A DNA stretch of 57,028 nucleotides, filler included, from Dugesia japonica (taxonomy: Eukaryota): the NCBI GenBank assembly GCA_001938525.1. It is 5 parts of 5 records of this genome, joined end to end, with 100 filler letters (N's around TTAATTAATTAA, not from the genome) between each part and the next. Parts side by side here need not be neighbours in the genome. Positions count along the whole stretch, not along the records: positions 28,049 to 37,729 come from MQRL01484527.1; positions 37,830 to 47,260 come from MQRL01642115.1; positions 47,361 to 57,028 come from MQRL01642647.1; 2 more parts are not named here. The stretch is one strand, 5' to 3'. The notes under the pieces are model-generated. The model was given only the letters and a program-made list of their open reading frames with translations, was not told where the DNA came from and made no database searches. Numbering within the stretch: position 1 is the first letter of the stretch; the number at the start of each line of letters is the position of its first letter. Below are positions 35,359 through 48,110 of the stretch, piece after piece. Made by a program: the position numbers and the translations under genes.

Positions 35359-37424
35359 GATTTTAATATATCTACCATAAATTTGCGTAATGCAGTAGAA
35401 GGAGTGTCAGAAGCGTTGACAATAGGTCTTCCGTTCATTGTTGTTTTGTGATCTTTAGGAACACAGTACATCCATGATCAAACTAGTTTATGACATTTAA
35501 CTGTTAACAGTAAAGATTTTGTTGGGTCTTCATATTTTTCTGCTATTTGAATTAATTGTTTGTTGAATTTAATTTCTTCTGTAGTTGGTAGTCTTTGTGG
35601 TCTATTGTTTCAAAATTATTTAAATGTTGAAAGAAATAATTTTAAAAAATAATTTGTTTAAATAAATTATATATAACATAAATTGCATAAGGCAATTTTG
35701 GGAAGAAACTTTCAGAAAGCAAGAAGAATTTGATAGAAGAATTGTTTGTGTTTTAATAAAGTTTTGACTTAAAATTCTTATTTTAATTAAATTAATTGAA
35801 GAAAACAAATAAACCTAACAGTATAGAAGGTCACAAAAATGTGCAGGGTGCAACAAGGAAGAGGGTATGGAAAACTACTTTTTGTCTACGTATGCCATGA
35901 CTATTTTGTTTTGTTTAAACAATGTTGTGATCATTTTGATGAAACGCAAAAGACATTTATTCAAATTTACTTTAATTCTTATTAAATAAATATACATATT
36001 CCATTTAACTTGTTTTATTCATGTAAGTGCAAATATTAGTAATTATGATATTCTTTATCTAAAAACTATATTAAACTAATCGGCAATAACACAGCCATGA
36101 TTTTGAAAGCTTGAAATCATTTGATATTTTCAAATTAGTCATGGAGTTTACACATTATTTGTATTCAATGGCAGATTCATTTCTTATTTAGATATCAATC
36201 CACTACATCAAATATATAAAGATGAATATAGGAATATTATATAATCCAGTCATGTCTCAGAACCGTAAATTCATTAAATTCATATTTCATCCAATTAAAC
36301 TATAGTTATTATTTTACTAATTTGTTGTTTTAATGTTTTGTTGAATTAAGTTTATTTTAAAATACGCTTTTAACTGATTCAGACCGAGACTTCAATGGCA
36401 CTTCAACTGAAAGCCAATTCAAAGATCATCTTTAAAATTGCAATTATAATGAATTCAAAACTTATTGCAACAATAATTTTCTATTAAAGTTTGTATAAAT
36501 GTATGGTTGGTACTGGTAGATATTATAATAAATTTTGATTTGGTTGACAACTTCATATTAAAGTTCCATTAAATTATCCTTATCGAATTTCAGTAAAAAT
36601 GAAAACTCTTAAACCATCATTGTAAATCCACTAGTTGAATTTTCTTTTAAACNAATAAATTTGTCTTAATTATTAGTTGATAATTATTTTTGAAAAGCAA
36701 TTTTCCAGAATTAATTAATGTAGATAATAAAAAACTAAATTCGAGTGAAAAACCTTCAAAACTGGACATCACTTAAATATAATAAAGATGATTTTATAAA
36801 ACTTTGAAATTCATTGTTAACTTTTTTCTGTATAAAATTAAAAGTTCTAAATTTTATTTACTTTTTTTTTATTTATTTAAATATTTTAAAACAAAAAATG
36901 TTTAATAAAAAATAATTTCTAATAAGAAATTATAGAAAATCTTTTTGATTTGCGATTTTTAATTTATTGAAATTTTATAAATGCGATCAACATTTGTAAT
37001 ATAATTATTATTTTTAAATTATTATTTTGAAGGCATTTAAATGAAAATGAATATTTTAATGAGGCTATAAAAAACAACCATGTAAAACACAATTCGATAG
37101 ACAGATCATACACAAACGAAAATCATTTATACATTCACAACAAACATCACAGTTAACAACAACAGTAAAACATTCATTTGTGGACAACCCAATGGCTCAG
37201 CCACCAGATTACAATCCAATCATGTTGCTGTGTTACCACAATCTCACGTGACNNNNNNNNNNNNNNNNNNNNNNNNNNNNNNNNNNNNNNNNNNNNNNNN
37301 NNNNNNNNNNNNNNNNNNNNNNTTTTTTTTATTACTATTTACTTTCAAACTGAAAATGCATTATAACTCTGCGGATACCATTGATATACAAAATTTGGTG
37401 ATGAATATATAGAACACGGTAAAA

Positions 37425-37515
37425 AATTCATAAAATAAAAGCTTCGATCAAATTTTTTTTTATATTTTATTTAGATAAATTCTATATTTTGACTTAGTCT
37501 TCTTAAGGAATTGAC
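37425..37515 (-). mobile_element. PLE family-A solo pseudo-LTR, hammerhead core mutated
   Basis: Reverse strand CAATTC-CTTAAGA-AGACTAAGTC-AAAA-TATA-GAATT...TTTGATCGAAGCTTTT. Confidence 0.7.
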
Positions 37516-37519
37516 AATT

Positions 37520-37729
37520 GACAAAAAAACAGTTTCGGAAGATTTTTAAAAGTTGAGTACGTTATTTATTGGGCAGATTTGATTCTGGAAATTGAATTTT
37601 CCATGAATGCTTCAATTCAAAAAACAACTATAAAGAGTCCAGTTGAAGTGGTTTTTGGTTTTAAAATAAACAAAACAGAATGTCAAAAAACGGATTAAAT
37701 GCAAGATAGAAATGGTATTCACGAAGGAA
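37520..37729 (+). pseudogene. Ty3/gypsy integrase C-terminal fragment
   Basis: WADLILEIEFSMNASIQKTTIKSPVEVVFG. Confidence 0.6.
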
Positions 37730-37829
37730 NNNNNNNNNNNNNNNNNNNNNNNNNNNNNNNNNNNNNNNNNNNNTTAATTAATTAANNNNNNNNNNNNNNN
37801 NNNNNNNNNNNNNNNNNNNNNNNNNNNNN
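37730..37829. other. Artificial contig spacer
   Basis: 44N-TTAATTAATTAA-44N. Confidence 0.97.
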
Positions 37830-38451
37830 TTTTATTTATACAAATAAACTTTTTGCACAGTAGGTATTTTTCTTAGTAATTAGTATAGAAAATAATACAT
37901 GTAAAAAAAAATAAATTATAAGATAAGATATAAAGAATAATTAAAAGGATATAAAAAATAAGATATAAATGTGGATAATTTCTCGGGATAATTTTTAAAA
38001 ACGTAGATTTCTTTTGGGTACAATTGTACTGAAGATTGTTACTAATGCATAATTATAAGACGATGACTTTAAAATCGTGGTAGATTATATACATTTTCCA
38101 AAAAACAGTAGACTTTTTACACCGTATAATTTCAAAAACGCGTGTAAAAAACTTGGATGTACAAATTTATTTTATTATTATAATTACTCCATCCCATAAC
38201 AAAAGTGGATTTTTTAAAAAATTTAAAAACCAAGAAATTTTGTATTTTTCAAATACTTACGAGATAAAAGGTTAATCTAAATTAAAATAAACTTATTAAA
38301 TTCACAGTTTTTATAGGATGGATTAAGTATTTTTTTTAAAATAAATTAAAATAAAATTAAAACAAATAGATAAAATGTTATCCTAGCAAATTCAAATTAA
38401 TCTATCAATTTAAATTATTTTTACATTATCGTTTCTTAGTAACTTTACGAC

Positions 38452-41400
38452 ATGGCAAGATGGGGATATGGCGCTGACGATGGTTTAGTTTTAAATTTAT
38501 CATTTATAAATTTTAATTTATTATTATATAAATTTATATAGGACCACATACATGGCATGCGAGCTTTCCCTCGGCCGGTGGATGTCGCCAATCTCCTATT
38601 AATATTGAACTTGATAAATTGAAATATGATATCACTCTCAATATTAGACCTTTGACAGTTGCTTTTGAACCTGAGCGCCAACTTTCTCAGACTTTAGTTT
38701 ATACTGGTCATAATTTTCGAATTGATGTAGCCGGTGGATCATGTTAATTTGACAGAAAATTTTTGAGTTTTTATTTAATGTTTATTATTTTAGGTGTATC
38801 CGGTGGTCCAGTGCCTACAGGACAAACATGCATATTAAGCCATTTTTCTTTTCACTGGGGCAGCACTGACTATAGTGGTTCAGAGCATTTAATTAACGGA
38901 CACCAATTTCCAGCTGAATTACACATGGTCTGTTTTAATGCAAGTAAATATAGATGCTTTGAAGAGGCAATGGGTCAACCTGATGGACTGCTAATTTTGG
39001 CTATTTTATTACATGTAGGTTGTCATCGATTTTAGATTTTTTCCAGTTAAAATAATTTAAATATTTATTGGAAATAATTAAATATTTATTGGAATTAATT
39101 AAATACGAATTTATAAATCGTAAATGTGAATTTACAAAAAATTTTCAATTGATAGGTTTAAAATTCAATTGATGAGTCATTATAATTTGATTATTGTGTA
39201 TTTAACTGTTAGTCATGTTTTAAATATACCTGTTTGTTAATTAGCAATAAATAGTCTAACAAATAAATTTCTGTCAGATTGTGTTGTAATGTTATTGATT
39301 AAATTCTATGTGAAATTAGAGTTTGATTTAAAACATTGAAGTAGTATGGATTCTAGAATATTTAACTGAACTTGAATATATAAACTTTAAAAATTAATTA
39401 TTTTATTTATGGAACTGTAAATTTTTTCAAATTTTATATTGGTGCCTCTGTGGTAGTCTTGATTATCATTTATTTATTAAAGACTGATAAAAGTAGTTGT
39501 TTAAGTCGAAAGTGAAATTGTTAAAAATTAATATTAGAAATTGTTAAGGAGAAAATTAATCAAAAACTAAAGTTAATAATGACAAGAAATCGTCCATTCA
39601 AGATAGAAAGAAATCAGGTATCAAAATATGAGATTAAATAAGAAACAAAATCTAATTAATTTTGCAAAAGAATTAGTGGAAGAGAAATATATCGAATCGA
39701 AATGAAAAAAGATAATAAAATGGAAAATAAAGTCAACAATTAAAAGAAAATCAAATCGTAACAGAAGAAACAGTGTTTCTTGTTAAAGCCTAACAAAAAT
39801 AGATTAAAGGAAATAATTAAATGGACAACTATAGAAATTCAAATAGTTGGAGTTAAGATAAAAATAATAACCAAACAAAAATTAAGTATTAAGAACTAAA
39901 TGATGGGTTTATAAAATCAATAATCCAATCCATTTGATTAAATCTCCAAAAAAAAATCTGAAATTATAAATTATTAATCAATGAAAAGCAGAATTAAAAA
40001 GAACTGGTAAAACAAAAACTAGAAAATCGATATCTGCAACTGAAAATGTGAAAATCTAAATTTGTCGCAAAATTTGAAAATTAATTTGAAGATTTCGGAA
40101 AAAAATTTTAATAGTAAAAATTAAAATTATTTCAATAATAAAAATAAAATAATTCCAATAAATTATTAAAGTGAAGAAGTAATTTTTTTTCTCAAATTAA
40201 ACGCATTGTTAAGGAAGAAAAGAAAAATTCGTTTCTAATTAAGATCTTATTTTATTTTTCTAAAATTCATAAACAGAAATGATTAATTCGTGATGATTCA
40301 GTTTAATCGAGGGATACAAGAAAGGATCAAAACTTTTTTAGTCGGATTCTTTTGTATGTTATAAGAAAAAATCAGATTCACTCAATTAGGTTAAGTCATC
40401 AGCTTTATATTTCACTGCTACAATCAATAAACTAACTAATTTATTAAATATGAAAATCAATGATAAAACATGAAACAGTTGAGAAACGAGCTCAAATCGA
40501 TGGTAGAAAAATGAACCGAAAAATATTTCATAGAGATTGTTGATCTATAAATCTGAAATAGCCTCGCAAATTTCTTATCCACAAGTACCAATAGGAATGG
40601 CTTATAAAAAGCATCAAAATACGCTTCCAAATACAATTCTCTTGATGAATTCATTGAATTGTTAGCAAGAAATTAAATTCTCAAAATCTATTTTCAAGCA
40701 TTAGTAGTGATTAATAGGGAAAAAAAGAAAAAATAATTCCGATAAATTGAAAATTTTGCTTAATGTTACAAAAATATCTTTTCTTTAGAAAAATTTTCAC
40801 TTTTATACTATTTTTATTTTTTGAAGAAATAAAAACATTTATATTTAATGGAACACTGAAGTTCCATTCTTTAATGAATTTATGTAGATAGAAAGTTTAT
40901 AAGGATACTTTCACATAAATGACTATAAAACCATTCTTTATGTACTCACTTTTATTGCACTTAGAACATACAGTTTTTTTTTAAACTACATATCGTTACC
41001 GTTAATTTCTTGTTTTAACAGGTATATTCCCTATTCAGTAGAATATATACTAATACAAATTTATTTTTATTAAAATTAACCGTTATTAAATGTTATAATA
41101 TTTTTATAAATAAAAAGCCGATAAATCGAGTTATTTCTCGAAAAATCGCGAAGTAAGAAGGTTAAAATCGATTAGTGTCAAAATTAAGTTAGTTTTACCT
41201 GAGCTGTAGCTGTGTTTGGTTTAAGAAAACCTTGTGTATTTCTACAGCCAAAAAGAACCCATTATCTTGGATTTGGAAGCCTCGTGTATTGTAAATCATG
41301 TAAGTTCTTTCAACGTCTTTTAATAGTGTATTTGCTTTTCAATAAAACAGAACTATTTGTGTTAGCTTGTAAAAAGGACGTTTCAATCAGTTTCTTAATT

Positions 41401-42114
41401 TAAATAGCCGTAATTATTCTTGAAGATTAATTTTGGTTGTGAAATATTACTCACATTAACTGGAGATGTCTGAAATATTTTATTTCTATTATCCGACCTG
41501 GACTCAACTTAGAAAGTATAGAAGCTTTCACTGGCTTGCTTAAATATAAATTGGCATATTAACCACGGCGTACTTAATTTGAAAAACAAATAAACAAAAA
41601 AAATAGGAAATAATTAAATTTTATTTGAGTTTTTATAATTGTATAATTTTCATTTATAAAATTAAATGCAGATTGGTAGTAAAAATTCTACGATTGAACG
41701 ATTGGTTGGTCCTCTTACGTCAATACAGTTTTTCAGGCAACATGATTTCAGACAGGAACACAGTTTGCTTGATCTCACTGAAATTTTACCACGTGATTAT
41801 TATTAAATATTAACAAATGTTTAATAATTACTCTAAATTCTTTAACAGGTAATATGTGCAGATACTATACCTATCCTGGTTCATTAACAACACCTCCTTG
41901 TTATGAATCTGTAACATGGTTAATATTTGAAGAAACGGTTGGAATTGATTCAGACCAAGTAGATATTAATTAAGATTTAAACTGATATCAAGATATTTAC
42001 TTTAAGTTGTGCATGTTTCGTAAAATTCATATGGGTGACAGCTGCTGTGGTCCAGATAACTTTCGCCCAATCTGTCCTATTGGTGAAAGAATTGTCTGCA
42101 AAAATTTTCCTTAG
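38452..42114 (+). CDS. Cytosolic alpha-carbonic anhydrase / CA-related protein; exons 38452-38482, 38542-38742, 38794-39014, 41672-41792, 41849-41958, 42007-42114
   Basis: Phase-compatible GT-AG exons giving MARWGY..GPHTW..RQSPINI..TGHNF..SHFSFHWG..GSEH..ELHMV..YPGSLTTPPCYESVTW..DNFRP..*. Confidence 0.92.
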
Positions 42115-42391
42115 AATTTTAAAATTATTTAGCAATTTACAATTATTTAATTTTTTTTATTTTTAAAATCAAATAACTTCGGTTGTATTATTTCTTATTC
42201 AAATAAATAATTAATAAAACACTGTTTATTGTTTTTTCATTTATTTGCTTTTTGAAAATGGAAATGTAATATAAAATCGAAATGTTATGATACGTAATTG
42301 CTAATTTGTGAAAATTTCATTCGTTCATAACTTTCATTGGTTAATTTATGTTTCTATTTTTAGACCGAAAGTATTGATCTTTTAAGTTAAT

Positions 42392-43321
42392 ATGGCGAAA
42401 AGCAGTGTTTTTCATAAATTGCCAGCGCAGATTTTATTACAGGATTCTAGTGTCACGTTTTCTGGTTATTTAGAAAGAAAAATAACATTACTTTCTTTTA
42501 AGCATTGGATTAAATGTTACGTGGTAATTTCTAATGGAAATATTTACATTTATTCAAGTAATACATCACCAAAACCTAGTGTAGTATGTATTTTGGGAGC
42601 ATTTCATCAAATACAAATAATAAAAAATCGAGTGCAACCACCATTTTGGGCTTTTATTCTTAAACCTCTCATTGAATCTGTGCCTGAATTAAAATTTGCT
42701 GCTGCTTCAGAAAGAGAAATGAATTCGTGGATTTGCGAATTCAAATCTGGAATTATTTTTTCGAAAAACGCTCAACTGAGAAACGATTCTGAAAATTTAA
42801 TTAAGCAGTCTTATAGAGATCCTATGGAAGGAAGTATTTATTCAACAGTATCAGAAAAAAATCAAGTCGTCGATACACTTTTACATTCAGAAAAATCAAA
42901 TATTTATGAAGAACCAGATGAATTATTCTTCAATTCAAATCCTATTATGCCTACTGCTCCTCCATATTATCCAACTTTAAACCAACTTGATAATTTATCA
43001 GTTCAATCAGATATCAGTGATGATTGTGTAGAAAACGCTGTATTTTGTGGTTCACGAGAAGATGCATTTTCAGAATTAACTAAATGTCCTCATCTTGGCT
43101 CATATTTAGTTCGACAAGACAATGGGCGGCAAGTATTAACTGTTAAATGTGAAAGTAATATTGTAAAATATTGTCTAATAATTGAATTAAAAACTAAACG
43201 GATTCATATTGCTGGTCAAAAAGAATCCTTTGAAAATCTTCATCACTTACTCGCATATTATCATGAACATTTTCTACCAAATCAAAATTGCAAATTATTA
43301 ATTCCCTTCAAATTAATTTAA
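42392..43321 (+). CDS. PH + proline/tyrosine linker + SH2 adaptor (SH3BP2-like)
   Basis: PH: SGYLERK..W..CYVVI..FAAASEREMNSW. Linker with YEEP and PTAPPYYP. SH2: SREDA..GSYLVRQ..FENLHHLLAYY. Intact 309-aa ORF. Confidence 0.82.
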   Translation: MAKSSVFHKLPAQILLQDSSVTFSGYLERKITLLSFKHWIKCYVVISNGNIYIYSSNTSPKPSVVCILGAFHQIQIIKNRVQPPFWAFILKPLIESVPELKFAAASEREMNSWICEFKSGIIFSKNAQLRNDSENLIKQSYRDPMEGSIYSTVSEKNQVVDTLLHSEKSNIYEEPDELFFNSNPIMPTAPPYYPTLNQLDNLSVQSDISDDCVENAVFCGSREDAFSELTKCPHLGSYLVRQDNGRQVLTVKCESNIVKYCLIIELKTKRIHIAGQKESFENLHHLLAYYHEHFLPNQNCKLLIPFKLI

Positions 43322-44028
43322 TAATTAAAATTTGACATGTTTAACTTTGGGAATGGAAATTGAGTTCAGTTGTTTATTTTTATAATTGAAGTTTTACATT
43401 CATTTTACATGCAATTATAGTTAAATAAAAATTTATTTAAATAATTTGATAATCTTATTTATTTTAATGATGATAGTAATGAAAAGTGATGGTTTAATTA
43501 ATAATTCCTTAAATATCTCGAATATTGTTTTTATTACTTTCGATTCATTTGTATTGTTAAAAATTAATTCCTAAGAGATATTTTGATTATCCCCAATTAA
43601 TTTTAAAATTCAAAAAAATAAGAATAAGAAGAATTAACAAATTCTTCGATCTAACATAAATCACTTTACTTCTAATCAAAATTTTATACTACAAAAGGAT
43701 CGATAAAATCATTAACTAGCCATACTATTGTTTTTGTCTCTTCATACAACTCAATAAGACTAAATTACAGTGATACACTAAAAAAAGTTTAATAGATTAA
43801 ATGTGACAATAAAATTCTAACCTGGTAATAAATTGCTGGATTTTGATTGGATCCCTATAATATGAGAAAATTAAAATTATATAGATAAAATTCTTACTAA
43901 AAGTTTAAGAATGAAATTAATATTGAAATCTGAAAAGGTAAGAAAATTAAACAAGCGCACACATACATATACACATTTTTTTCAAAAAATCATTAAGTTT
44001 AAGAACTACAATTTTAAAAATTAAAAAT

Positions 44029-45100
44029 ATGAATTTAGAAAATTATGAAACAGTTTCAAGTTGAGTTCTGACTCAACAGAACCCTGCAGGCTTCCAAAAA
44101 GCCGTTCAAAGTAAAGTAACAGGATTTCTGCTATAGACAAAGAACGGATTATAAAAGCTTATTAAGAGGGTAGAGATTTGAAATCTGTCAGCTAAATTCT
44201 AAATGTAAATTTCGGCTCTTTAAGAAATATTATCTCTAAGTAAAATTTAAATTATTTTATTTAAAATAAATCAAAAATCATATTTTAGATATAACAGAAC
44301 GAGCTCAATTTCCAAAGGAAAGTATGGTGGACACAAATAAAACATTAATGAAGAAATCGGGAACAATTATTAGACGAAATCGATTTTAAAAAACCTATAT
44401 GACCTTAGAATAAATGAAACCACTTTCCAAGAAAAAGGTCTGGATACTTCAAAAACAACAATATTGACCCGAAGAACAGATTTTATACGATCAAGAAGTT
44501 GCGATATTCTGTTGAAAAAAATTCTGATAGAGTAAAAAATCTACGAGAAGAATATGTGGAAATATATTTCGAAGACAAAATACGGCCAAGTCAATGCATA
44601 TATATATAGACGAGACCTTTTGCAGTGAGTGGACCCAACGATTAAGAGGAAGGAGTTTCGGTGGCGAAAATGCCTATATTCAAGTACCAAATCAGCGACG
44701 CCGGAATATTTCCATCATAATGGCAATTGAAAACAAAGGTCCAATTTATCATTCAGTTCATCAAGGTGCTCTACATGAAATTTATTCATGAATTATCGTT
44801 AAAATTAGATGCCAGTGAATATTACTTCATTCACGATAACGAATCTATCCACAACAATGCCCTAACAACAACAGAAAACCACAAAGTCCTGCATCTACCA
44901 CCATACAGTCCTTTCCCGAACCCAATAGAAAATTATTTTTCCCACTTCAAATCAAAACTAAGGAAAATTTTGACCAACAATTTAGATTTGGACTCAAGTT
45001 CCAAATCTAATCAGATTAAGTCTGCCATTTTTCAACTAGTTGAAGAGGACAAAAATAATTGTCTAAAATTTTATTACAATAACATTAAATATTTTTTCCC
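44029..45100 (+). pseudogene. IS630/Tc1-family (DDE_3) transposase, decayed
   Basis: IYIDET, NISIIMAI, FIHDNESIH, LPPYSPFPNPIENYFS. N-terminal HTH-like region with a probable short intron at ~44240-44289. Confidence 0.85.
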
Positions 45101-45659
45101 GAAAAAAAATTTTTATTTATTCTTCTCTTATTTAATATCTAAAATTTTTCATATAAATATACTTTATTACAAGAATTTTAACTTATTAATTATTAAAAAC
45201 CATTAAAAATTAGTTTACATAAAAAAATTAAAAAATACAGAAATTTTTAATAATAATGTTGAGGAAAGCTCATAAATAATATACTAACTTATCCATATAT
45301 ACACATATAAAACAAACACACAAGCTCATTCGACTCAATATCAATACAGCTGCTCAAATCAAACAATGGATTTGATAATTCAAATCAATCTGCGATTCAA
45401 TAATTCAAGTCAATTTAACTTTTGTTATGATCCAGTTATTGATCTGACTGATAAAATTGATATTAATCTGACTTTTTACTAATTTTCAAATTTTTTATGT
45501 TATTTTTATTTTTAATTTATTGTATGATGTATAATCTGACTTTTTGTTTTATTGCTATTTTTAATTTATTTCATGATTTTAATTATACGTACAAATTTTA
45601 TTATTTACAAATTTTGATTATAAACAAATTCGGAATATTATTGATTAATTTTATCGAAA

Positions 45660-45760
45660 TAATATTATGTAAATACTTTAAATAATGAAATAAAAATAGA
45701 AAATTTTGATAATAATATTATGTAAATATTTTAAATAATGAAATAAAAATAGAAAATTTT
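45660..45760. repeat. ~53-bp tandem duplication
   Basis: TAATATTATGTAAATA.TTTAAATAATGAAATAAAAATAGAAAATTTT occurs twice. Confidence 0.8.
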
Positions 45761-46448
45761 AAAAAAAATTTTAATAAAATTAGAAAATTTTAGTAAATGT
45801 TTATGAATTCTTAATGAATTATTGTATTATTTTTATAAATATTTATGATTCTTGGTAATTTGCATGCATAGCTTTCTAGTATAAATAGAGAGCTTAATTT
45901 CATTTTTCTTAGCCCTCATTTTAAATCTTTTATAAGGTCTAAAACTTCTAGAGTTGCAGATCAGAAGATAAAAATATTAACTTGAGAAATTTTGCTGAAT
46001 TAGAAATTTTGTAAATCGTTGTTGAACTTTAATAAAACTTTTTAAGTAAATACTTTATTTATTTGCATAAGGAATACTGTATAGTGTATTTATACTATAT
46101 TGTTGTATCAATATGTTTCATATTGTTGGGATGAAACATACCACTAAAAAAGAAGGCAAGGCCACAACAAATTATAAAAGAACGAAAGATTCATAGTTAC
46201 GAATGGAAAATATACAAAAAAAATTGTCAAAATAAGAAGATAAATCGAATGGGGTCGGAAACCCATTAGTGGATAAATAACATAAAACTGAGTAATCAAA
46301 ATGGGTATTCATCCATGTTAATCAATTAGAAGAAATTAAAATTTATTATATAAAAAGAAAAGAAAATATCTAATAAAAAAATTTAATTACAAGAAAATAT
46401 CAATAAATTAAAAAGAAAAAAGAAATAAGAATGAAACCGAAATCTGTT

Positions 46449-46980
46449 TTCTTCGAATAACTCGACTTCAGAAAGTCACCGGGACTCGTAGCAAGAAAAT
46501 TTGAATCGGGATTGGTATGGGGCAACAAAATTCCTTAATCCAAAACGTTGCGACCACCAGAAGGACCGTCACAAGGATTGGAAGATGGAACCAATGAGAA
46601 CCTAGAAAATAAAAATATAACAAATGTTGGGTTGCTAGGCTTTTGATGTTATTCAAGGAAAGCTGCACTAAAATTATACACGAGTTTCAATAATGTTACC
46701 ATCGTCGAGTGGTGTTAATACTTGCTGTAAGATAGCTTCGACTTTTCCAGAGAGTNNNNNNNNNNNNNNNNNNNNNNNNNNNNNNNNNNNNNNNNNNNNN
46801 NNNNNTTCTTCAAATAACTCGACTCCAGAAAGTCACCGGGACTCGTAGCAAGAAAATTTGAATCGGGATTGGTATGGGGAACAAAATTCCTTCATCCAAA
46901 AACGTTGCGACCACCAGAAGGACCATCACAAGGGTTGGAAGATGGAACCAATGAGAACCTAGAAAAACAAAATATAACAA
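46449..46980. repeat. Diverged ~175-bp direct repeat pair (46449-46622 and 46806-46980)
   Basis: Two similar but non-identical copies either side of a small gap. Identity of the parent element is unknown. Confidence 0.75.
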
Positions 46981-47260
46981 AGAACAAAAACTCACATGAT
47001 AATCCAAAAATAACGGCCAACGGAATTGCAGAAAAGTCTGCAAAATTCCAGAAAAGTGGCATCAACGCCAATAGAATCGTGCTATTTTGAATTAAAAATA
47101 GCTGGTTAATGCTAAGCAAGTCGGGGTGTCTCGGAAACCCTATAAAAGGTCCCCATGTCTTAGCAGAAAGACAACATAAAAAACATCACAACAAATTTAA
47201 TCGAGTATTTTCATCAACTACAACGAGAGAAATATTTCACCGGATTATTTGTACTTGCTA

Positions 47261-47360
47261 NNNNNNNNNNNNNNNNNNNNNNNNNNNNNNNNNNNNNNNN
47301 NNNNTTAATTAATTAANNNNNNNNNNNNNNNNNNNNNNNNNNNNNNNNNNNNNNNNNNNN
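47261..47360. other. Artificial contig spacer
   Basis: 44N-TTAATTAATTAA-44N. Confidence 0.97.
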
Positions 47361-47859
47361 CACCATGAATCGTAGAGTACAAATAACCACCTGCTGTGAT
47401 AATTGAATATTTTCCGGTCAAACTCGATATTTTTCTTGATAAAGATTAATTTTTAAGGAAATTTTCAAAGGTATTTATACCGGTTGCTCTTCACACCCCC
47501 ATTCCGTTTATTAGTTATTTGAAGTCTTACGATTTTTCAGACGTTTCTATTGGCTTGAACGTCACATGAGTTCTTTTTATTGGTGGTAATTTTAGGATTT
47601 CAAAATTATTGATCTATCTTCAAACCCTTATAACTTCTTTCCTATCCTTGCCATGATTTGCAAAACTTTTATTATCGAATTTCCCGATTTTTTCTTGATG
47701 AGAAATTTCTAAATTGATAATTTTGGCACCACTAGAAGTCCTAATTTTCTTAGTTTTTGTAGAAAATTTAATTTTTTTTAAAATAAATCATTTAAATTCT
47801 TATGATTTCTTTTATTTAATTAAAATCAACTATTTATTTTATTTACGTATTATTTTTCT

Positions 47860-48110
47860 AAAATGGAAAAGTTATGCTTATGAATATAAAAATAGAGATG
47901 ATAAAAAATTAGATAAAAGACACAAAGGAGTTTCAAAGTTTAATGAAATAGAAATGAAAGAATTTGATAAAGTTTTAGAGACAAAAGAAATAATTCATGG
48001 AACTAATCATAGTTTAAAATCAAATTAACATGAAATTGAATTAATTTAACCGGTTACGATGATAAAAGATTAATAGGAGATAATGGAGTAAGAACCTGGT
48101 CTCATTGTAA
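47860..48110 (+). pseudogene. Polinton pPolB C-terminal fragment
   Basis: KSYAY...KRHKGVSK...SLKSN*HEI...YDDKRLIGDNGVRT. Confidence 0.8.

Larger units (their letters stand above)
32548..35820 (-). mobile_element. Penelope-like element (family A, coding copy), decayed, split by a MULE
   Basis: MYCVPKDHK..GRPIVN (~35470), GSLDVTNLYESIP, FRYIDEVF, LYMKPFHSGHILPWSS, FLNNGYP, CGPKCIC linker and GIY-YIG (VTYKITCAIC..ARIKEH), then the 3' pseudo-LTR with hammerhead. Confidence 0.88.

Noticed and set aside
35820-37250. Cys-rich and exon-like fragments
   Set aside because: No consistent open frame or splice chain could be built.
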